This document shows positions 58,835-64,000 of a DNA stretch of 64,000 nucleotides, in pieces (the first letter of the stretch is position 1; each line of letters opens with the position of its first letter). The notes under the pieces were generated by a model. That model was not told the DNA's origin. It was given only the letters and a program-made list of their open reading frames with translations, and made no database searches. Both the position numbers and the translations under genes were made by a program. The stretch lies in NCBI GenBank assembly GCA_963769885.1, contig CAVYNH010000006.1:384001-448000 (forward strand), read 5' to 3'. The DNA is from Methanobacteriota archaeon. GTDB taxonomy: Archaea > Thermoplasmatota > E2 > DHVEG-1.

Positions 58835-60676
58835 CAGCGTCTTTTCAAATTCGGGCCGTCTGCCCTCGATGTCTTCTACGAGCGCACGCAGGATTTCCGC
58901 GATGCTCCACGCCTGCGTGATGCACCCCTGCGGCGCGTACGGCGGCTCCGGGTCGAACAGCTCTGGAACCGTCCCATCCCACTGCCTCCCGAACACCTCA
59001 CGCATCGGCTCAAAGAACGTCGACTTTGCAAGCGCCCTTATAGAGGGATTGTAATCATGGGTTTTCACGAACGCGGTGATGAACGGTCCCAGAAGCCACG
59101 GCCAGACGATCCCGTTATGATAAGCGAGATCCTTATTGTACGGCCCGATCAACGACCCTTTATAGGCTGGGTCGTCAGCTGCCAATGTCCGAGGGCCGAA
59201 TAACGTGATAAGATGATCCTGGACCTCATCCACGATTTCCTCCTGGAGCGGTTCATCAGCGAGCGGGAAATCCAAGGAGACGAGGAAGATCTCGTTGGGC
59301 CGCCGGGACAGATCCTTCTTGTCAACCACGTCATACATCTGGTCGTATTGCCGATGGAAGCTATCATGGACTTTCTTGGCGAGGGGACTGTAGGTATCCT
59401 TCCGCTCAAGCAATGGGGCGCAGACGCCCATGATGCGTAGCGCGTTATACCAGAGTCCCTGGATCTCGACGGCCTTATACGCGCGAGGAGTCGGATAATA
59501 GTCGCCCATCTTGACATCCATCCAGGTCAACCCTGGTTCATGGCTGATCAGGAAATCCGTATCCATATGGATGCCATAGCGGGTCCCTTGGATGTAGTGT
59601 TGAATGATGCTCGTAAGGGTCGGCCAGATGATGAACAGAAAATCGAGGTCGTTCGTGTACTTCAGGTATTGGAAGGCTCGATCGATGAACCACAATGATG
59701 CATCCACCGTGTTGTAGGCGCTGGTGCCGTCGCGGTCCATGAAGACGTTGGGGATGAGGCCGCCCTGGCAGTACCCGGCGAGGCCAAGCAGCAGCTGGCG
59801 AGCCTTATAATAGCGATGAGTCACGAGCGTGGTCCCGGGGAGCGCGATGAGGGTGTCTCTGCCCCAGTCGCTGAACCAATGGTAGCCCGCGACCATGCTG
59901 ATGCCGTCTCCTTTCTGAACGAGGAACTGATCGCTGGCGAGCACGAGCGGCGAGTATTCCTCGGGGAGTCCTGCGTTGCGGAGGAGCTCATCTGTCCTGA
60001 GCAGTTCCTGATCAAGGATTCCTCCGGGGTTCTCCGGCAGCTCTGGCTCCACCGTCATGGTCAGGTAGTAGGAAGTCGCGCGTGGGACCGGTTTTGTGAA
60101 CACGCCGAGTCGAAGAACCGTGTCGATCCATGAGTCCTGCCGCTCGCGGTCGGCGGCATACCTGAGTTCCTCCCAGGATTCGTACGGCGTGTACGACGCG
60201 CCGTCAACACGGATCTTGAGTGTCTTCTCGATTCTACTCGTCGTAAACTCGATGTGGTCTGCGGCGTGGTGGTGCTGAAACGTGAATGCTCCAGGGGCGA
60301 GACAGTCGTAGAAATGCCGAGAGGTCACCAGCGGCTGATGGGAGAAGGTAACAGGATGGTGTGTTTGGACGTCGTATTTCACCAGGCTTGTGTTCATGCC
60401 ATAGTCCATGAAAAACGTCTTTTGGACCTCGACATCCCCGATGGTGTACGTGAGGGTCGGGAGGCGATTGAACGAGAAGCTTGGGATGGTTTCTTGCAGC
60501 AACAGCGTCTTATTGTGGTCAACGAGATAATCGAGGACGTTGGTGACGAACACCCAGCGGTTCGTCGGCGGGGTGAGGCTGGCGACGAGGAGGCCGTGGA
60601 ACTTCCGGGTCGCCGTCTGGCGGTGCGTCAGGGAGGCGTACCCGCCGAGTCCGTTGGTCACGATCCATTCGCGCAT
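58814..60676 (-). CDS. Glycogen debranching enzyme, archaeal type (amylo-alpha-1,6-glucosidase)
   Basis: EWIVTNGLGGYAS, AGYHWFSDWGRD, YNTVDA, TWMD, YHNG, QAWS. Confidence 0.93.
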   Translation of the reverse strand: MREWIVTNGLGGYASLTHRQTATRKFHGLLVASLTPPTNRWVFVTNVLDYLVDHNKTLLLQETIPSFSFNRLPTLTYTIGDVEVQKTFFMDYGMNTSLVKYDVQTHHPVTFSHQPLVTSRHFYDCLAPGAFTFQHHHAADHIEFTTSRIEKTLKIRVDGASYTPYESWEELRYAADRERQDSWIDTVLRLGVFTKPVPRATSYYLTMTVEPELPENPGGILDQELLRTDELLRNAGLPEEYSPLVLASDQFLVQKGDGISMVAGYHWFSDWGRDTLIALPGTTLVTHRYYKARQLLLGLAGYCQGGLIPNVFMDRDGTSAYNTVDASLWFIDRAFQYLKYTNDLDFLFIIWPTLTSIIQHYIQGTRYGIHMDTDFLISHEPGLTWMDVKMGDYYPTPRAYKAVEIQGLWYNALRIMGVCAPLLERKDTYSPLAKKVHDSFHRQYDQMYDVVDKKDLSRRPNEIFLVSLDFPLADEPLQEEIVDEVQDHLITLFGPRTLAADDPAYKGSLIGPYNKDLAYHNGIVWPWLLGPFITAFVKTHDYNPSIRALAKSTFFEPMREVFGRQWDGTVPELFDPEPPYAPQGCITQAWSIAEILRALVEDIEGRRPEFEKTLLHEVRV

Positions 60677-60686
60677 CCGAAGGCCG

Positions 60687-61937
60687 TCAGGGGTTGGTGA
60701 GGCATTCCTGGTAGATGTCCAGGGTTCGTTTGGTGACGGCGTCCCAGGTGAACTTGTCGATGACGCGCTGGCGTCCGCGTTCGCCCATCGCCTTGCCTTG
60801 GTCGGGGAGGCTGAGGACTTGTTTGACGCCCCAGGCGATGTCGTCGGGTGCGTAGGGGTTGACGTGGAAGCCGCATTGGTCGTCGCCGGTCGGGATGATC
60901 TGCTCGCGCATCCCGTTGGTCCCGCGGGCGCCGACGACGGTTGGCTTCGCCATGGCCATGGCCTCGGTGCAGACGATGCCGAAGGGCTCGTAGAGGGAGG
61001 GGAGGATGACGACGTCGGCGGCGGCGTAGTGCTGGATGCGTTCGGGTTCGCTGATGAACTCGGTGCGCATGATGACGTTGTTCTGGATGCCGAGCTCGGT
61101 GATCATGTCGTGGAGTTGGGCGTCCATGTCGCCGACGCCGAGGATGACGAGTTTGGTCTTGGGGAACTCGCGGAGGACGGTGGGCATGGCTTGGACGAGT
61201 TTGTCGACGCCTTTGACGGCGACGAGGCGTCCGATGAAGAAGAGCATGGTCTCGTCGGGGTGGATGTTGTAGCGGCGGCGGAGGGTCTCGCGTTGGTCGG
61301 CGGTGACTTTTTGTGGGTCGTATTTTTTTGGGTCGACGCCGTTCCAGCAGACGTAGATTTTGTCTGGGGGGAAACCGAGTTTATAGAGTTCGTCTTCCAT
61401 GGCGTGGCTGACGGTGATGATGCGGTCGGCGGCTTGGCCGCCTTCGTATTCGATGTCTTTGATGGTGTGGCTGCCGCGGCCGATGCTGCGGCCGACTTCG
61501 GTGGAGTGGACGTGGAAGATGAGGGGGATTTTGAGTTCTTTTTTGGCGACGATACCGCCGAGGATGCCGAGCCAGTCGTGGGCGTCGATGATGTCGAAGG
61601 TGCGGCCGTTTTTGCGGACGAGGCTGTTGGCGAGTTGTGAAGCGCTCATGATGTTATAGCTGAGGACGTCGGCGAAGAATTTGAAGTAGGGGCCCCAGCT
61701 TCTGAGTTCGTGGTCTACGCAGAGGTAGAAGGTGCTGGTGAGGTCGAGGGTTTTGGGTCGGTAGACTTCGACGCCGCTGGTGAGGTCCATGGTGGGGAAG
61801 GTGTTGTCGCGGTTGAGGCTGAAGACGGCGACGTCGTGTTTCCAGGCTGCCATTTTGGTGGTGACTTCGTGGACGAAGGTGCCGAGTCCGCCGTAGAGGA
61901 CTGGGGGGTACTCCCAGGAAAAGTGCACGATTTTCAT
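60687..61937 (-). CDS. GT4 glycosyltransferase (glycogen synthase-like)
   Basis: WEYPP..GGLG, HDW, HSTE, EPFGIVCTEA. Confidence 0.9.
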   Translation of the reverse strand: MKIVHFSWEYPPVLYGGLGTFVHEVTTKMAAWKHDVAVFSLNRDNTFPTMDLTSGVEVYRPKTLDLTSTFYLCVDHELRSWGPYFKFFADVLSYNIMSASQLANSLVRKNGRTFDIIDAHDWLGILGGIVAKKELKIPLIFHVHSTEVGRSIGRGSHTIKDIEYEGGQAADRIITVSHAMEDELYKLGFPPDKIYVCWNGVDPKKYDPQKVTADQRETLRRRYNIHPDETMLFFIGRLVAVKGVDKLVQAMPTVLREFPKTKLVILGVGDMDAQLHDMITELGIQNNVIMRTEFISEPERIQHYAAADVVILPSLYEPFGIVCTEAMAMAKPTVVGARGTNGMREQIIPTGDDQCGFHVNPYAPDDIAWGVKQVLSLPDQGKAMGERGRQRVIDKFTWDAVTKRTLDIYQECLTNP

Positions 61938-61953
61938 CTGGTGGTGTCTCTCC

Positions 61954-63153
61954 TCACGCGTTGTTGGTGACTTTTTCCTTGAGGTCTTGAAGAATGTTCA
62001 TGTAGTTTATGAATCCATCGTAGGGGACTTCGTAGGGGCTGAAGTAGGCGTGGACGGTGCCGTCTTCGAAGCCTTTGGTGGAGAGGTAGTAGAGGTGGTC
62101 GCTGGTTTGGAGGAGTCGCCAGACGTAGAGGAGGTCTTTGTCGACGGGTTTTTGTTTTTTGATCATGCGGCCGATGTCTTTGAGTTCGTTGAAGCAGGCG
62201 ATCTGCATGTTGTTGCCCAGCCAGGTGCTGACGTTGCGGTCTTCGTCTGCCCACGAGATGGCCCAGGGGACGTCGATGTCGCCGACGGCTTGGTATTTGT
62301 CGACGGCTTCGGTGACGGTGGTAAATTCGAGGTTGTCGTATTTGAGGACTTCGCCGGGGAGGTGTTTGAGGAATTCGAAGATGCCGGTGTCTTCCCATTG
62401 GTGTTCGCCGAAGGTCTCGTAGTCCATGAAGAGGTTGATGACGTCGCCGAAGCTGTTGGTCATCCAGCGGGCGTATTTCTCGGCGGTGAGGGGGTAGCCG
62501 CTCCAGTTCTTGGCGCTGAACCGGAAGCCGACGTCATCAGAGAGTTTGTAGTTGCGCATGAGGACCTTGATGGGGCTGTATTGGGATTTGTAGACGAAGT
62601 TCGGCGAGCGCCAGCCCAGGATCCGCTCCGAGCCCTCGGTGATGATGCCGTGGTAGCCCAGCTCCGCGGCTTTGCCGGCGATGCGGTTGTCGTAGATGGT
62701 CTCGGTGTTGCGGAAGGACTTCGGCTGGTAGTTGAAGATTTTCTTGATGGTTTGGCGGTGGAGTTTGACTTGGGCTTCGAACTCTTCGAGGTCGTCGAAG
62801 AGGCTGGAGAGGGAATGGAAATACGTCTCGTCCAGGAGGTCGACGCAGCCGGTCTTCACGAGGTCTTTGAAGCTGTCGAGGAGCTCTGGTATGAACATCC
62901 GGCAGTACTCGATGAAGGTGCCGGTGAGGCTGTAGGAGATGCGGAACTTGCCGTCGTACTTGCGGATGAGGTCCAGGAGCAGCCGGTTGGTCGGGAGATA
63001 GCATTTCTTGGCGACCTTTTCGAAGATCTTCTGGTTGAGCTCGTGGTTAAAATAGGTGGCGTATGGGTCCGCCGTGTGCCCGATGTTGAACACTGAGAAC
63101 CGGCTCAGTCTCATGGGCTGATGGACTTCGAAGTAGAACACGACAGACGGCAT
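61954..63153 (-). CDS. GH57 family alpha-amylase/glucanotransferase
   Basis: MPSVVFYFEVHQP, ETYFHSL, FRNTE, LSDDVGFRF, DYETFGEH, SDHLYY. Confidence 0.92.
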   Translation of the reverse strand: MPSVVFYFEVHQPMRLSRFSVFNIGHTADPYATYFNHELNQKIFEKVAKKCYLPTNRLLLDLIRKYDGKFRISYSLTGTFIEYCRMFIPELLDSFKDLVKTGCVDLLDETYFHSLSSLFDDLEEFEAQVKLHRQTIKKIFNYQPKSFRNTETIYDNRIAGKAAELGYHGIITEGSERILGWRSPNFVYKSQYSPIKVLMRNYKLSDDVGFRFSAKNWSGYPLTAEKYARWMTNSFGDVINLFMDYETFGEHQWEDTGIFEFLKHLPGEVLKYDNLEFTTVTEAVDKYQAVGDIDVPWAISWADEDRNVSTWLGNNMQIACFNELKDIGRMIKKQKPVDKDLLYVWRLLQTSDHLYYLSTKGFEDGTVHAYFSPYEVPYDGFINYMNILQDLKEKVTNNA

Positions 63154-63155
63154 AG

Positions 63156-64000
63156 TTACGCAAGACCCCTGTAGACCCGGAGCGTCTGGTCCGCTACCCG
63201 GTCCCAGGTGAATAATTGCACTTCTCTTTTTGAACTTTGCCTCATCGTGTTGCGCAACGGGTTGTACCGCAGGAGGGCAATGATCTTGTTCGCCATCTCG
63301 TCGGTATCCCAGAAATCGACCTTGAAACAGTTCTTCAGGACCTCGGAGACGCCTGCGCTGCGGGACACGATTGTTGGGGTGCCTGCGCTGATCGCTTCGA
63401 GGGCGGTGATGCCGAACGGCTCGCTGACGGAGGGCATGACGTAGATGCTGGAGATCTTGTAGATGTGCTGGACCTCGGCATCGGAGAGCTTGCCGGTGAA
63501 GACGACCTTGTTGGCGATGCCCATGTCGACGGCCTGGTTGATGAGCTTGGGCATCATGTCGCCGACGCCGGCGATGACGAACTTGGCGTCCTCGTATTCC
63601 AGGACCTTCTTCGCGGCTTTCAGGAAGAACTCGGGTCCCTTCTGGATCGTGAGTCGGCCGAGGAACAAGACGAGCGGTTTCTTCTCCCCTTCCTCTAGGG
63701 GGTAGACCGCGTTGTGGATGACGGTGATCTTCTCGGCGGGGATCCCGTATTTCTCGATGATGATCTTCTTGGTGTAGTTGCTGACGGCGATGATCCGGTC
63801 CGCCTTCTGCATCCCTTCCCGTTCCAGGTCGATGAACCATTGGTTCGGGTAGAGCATCCCGGCCCGGTCGTACTCCGTGGAGTGGACGGTCAGGATCAGG
63901 GGGATGTGGAGATTTTCTTTGATCTCGACGCCGGCCTTCATGGTCAGCCAATCGTGAACATGGACGACATCATAGTTGCCTTTCACGCGAGCCACAAGGA
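63156..64000 (-). CDS. GT4 glycosyltransferase (5' end outside window)
   Basis: HVHDW, HSTEYDR, GRLTIQKG, SEPFGITALEA. Confidence 0.9.
   Translation of the reverse strand, partial: LVARVKGNYDVVHVHDWLTMKAGVEIKENLHIPLILTVHSTEYDRAGMLYPNQWFIDLEREGMQKADRIIAVSNYTKKIIIEKYGIPAEKITVIHNAVYPLEEGEKKPLVLFLGRLTIQKGPEFFLKAAKKVLEYEDAKFVIAGVGDMMPKLINQAVDMGIANKVVFTGKLSDAEVQHIYKISSIYVMPSVSEPFGITALEAISAGTPTIVSRSAGVSEVLKNCFKVDFWDTDEMANKIIALLRYNPLRNTMRQSSKREVQLFTWDRVADQTLRVYRGLA

Noticed and set aside
61954-63951. Apparent 665-aa GH57 fusion
   Set aside because: The N-terminal 266 aa are an off-frame read of the GT4 gene; the true start is MPSVVFYFEVHQP at 63153.

Overview
Archaeal chromosomal segment, most consistent with a Thermoplasmatota lineage such as MBG-D/DHVEG-1 (inferred from gene content). 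Archaeal markers include archaeosortase A, archaetidylserine synthase and decarboxylase, Trm1, ATPase-type HypB, an ArfC-type reductase, a DGGGP-synthase-like UbiA, tRNAs without encoded CCA, TATA promoters and many PKD/C25/M28 secreted proteins. The window holds about 60 CDS and 4 tRNA genes; no CRISPR array, rRNA or integrase was found. The main finding is a bacterial-type glutaminyl-tRNA synthetase (glnS, 36972-38654), an enzyme classically considered absent from Archaea. It lies co-directionally between tRNA-Gln(CTG) and tRNA-Gln(TTG). Both tRNAs keep the archaeal A1-U72 pair but carry G73, the discriminator read by E. coli-type GlnRS. Other notable items: (1) an operon of a PLP enzyme, DgcN-like (DUF1611) and a MurL-like ATP-dependent epimerase, suggesting D-amino-acid chemistry; (2) a duplicated, partly chimeric tRNA-Val locus with AT-richer cargo (CBS-HPF fusion, lycopene-cyclase-domain protein, UbiA plus an RPH-like kinase); (3) candidate C-terminal sorting tails in a genome with an artA-psd-pssA cluster; (4) unannotated small Zn-finger ORFs; (5) an extreme saw-tooth C+A versus G+T strand skew that follows transcription units and shapes protein composition. 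Three or four single-base frameshifts are probably assembly errors.
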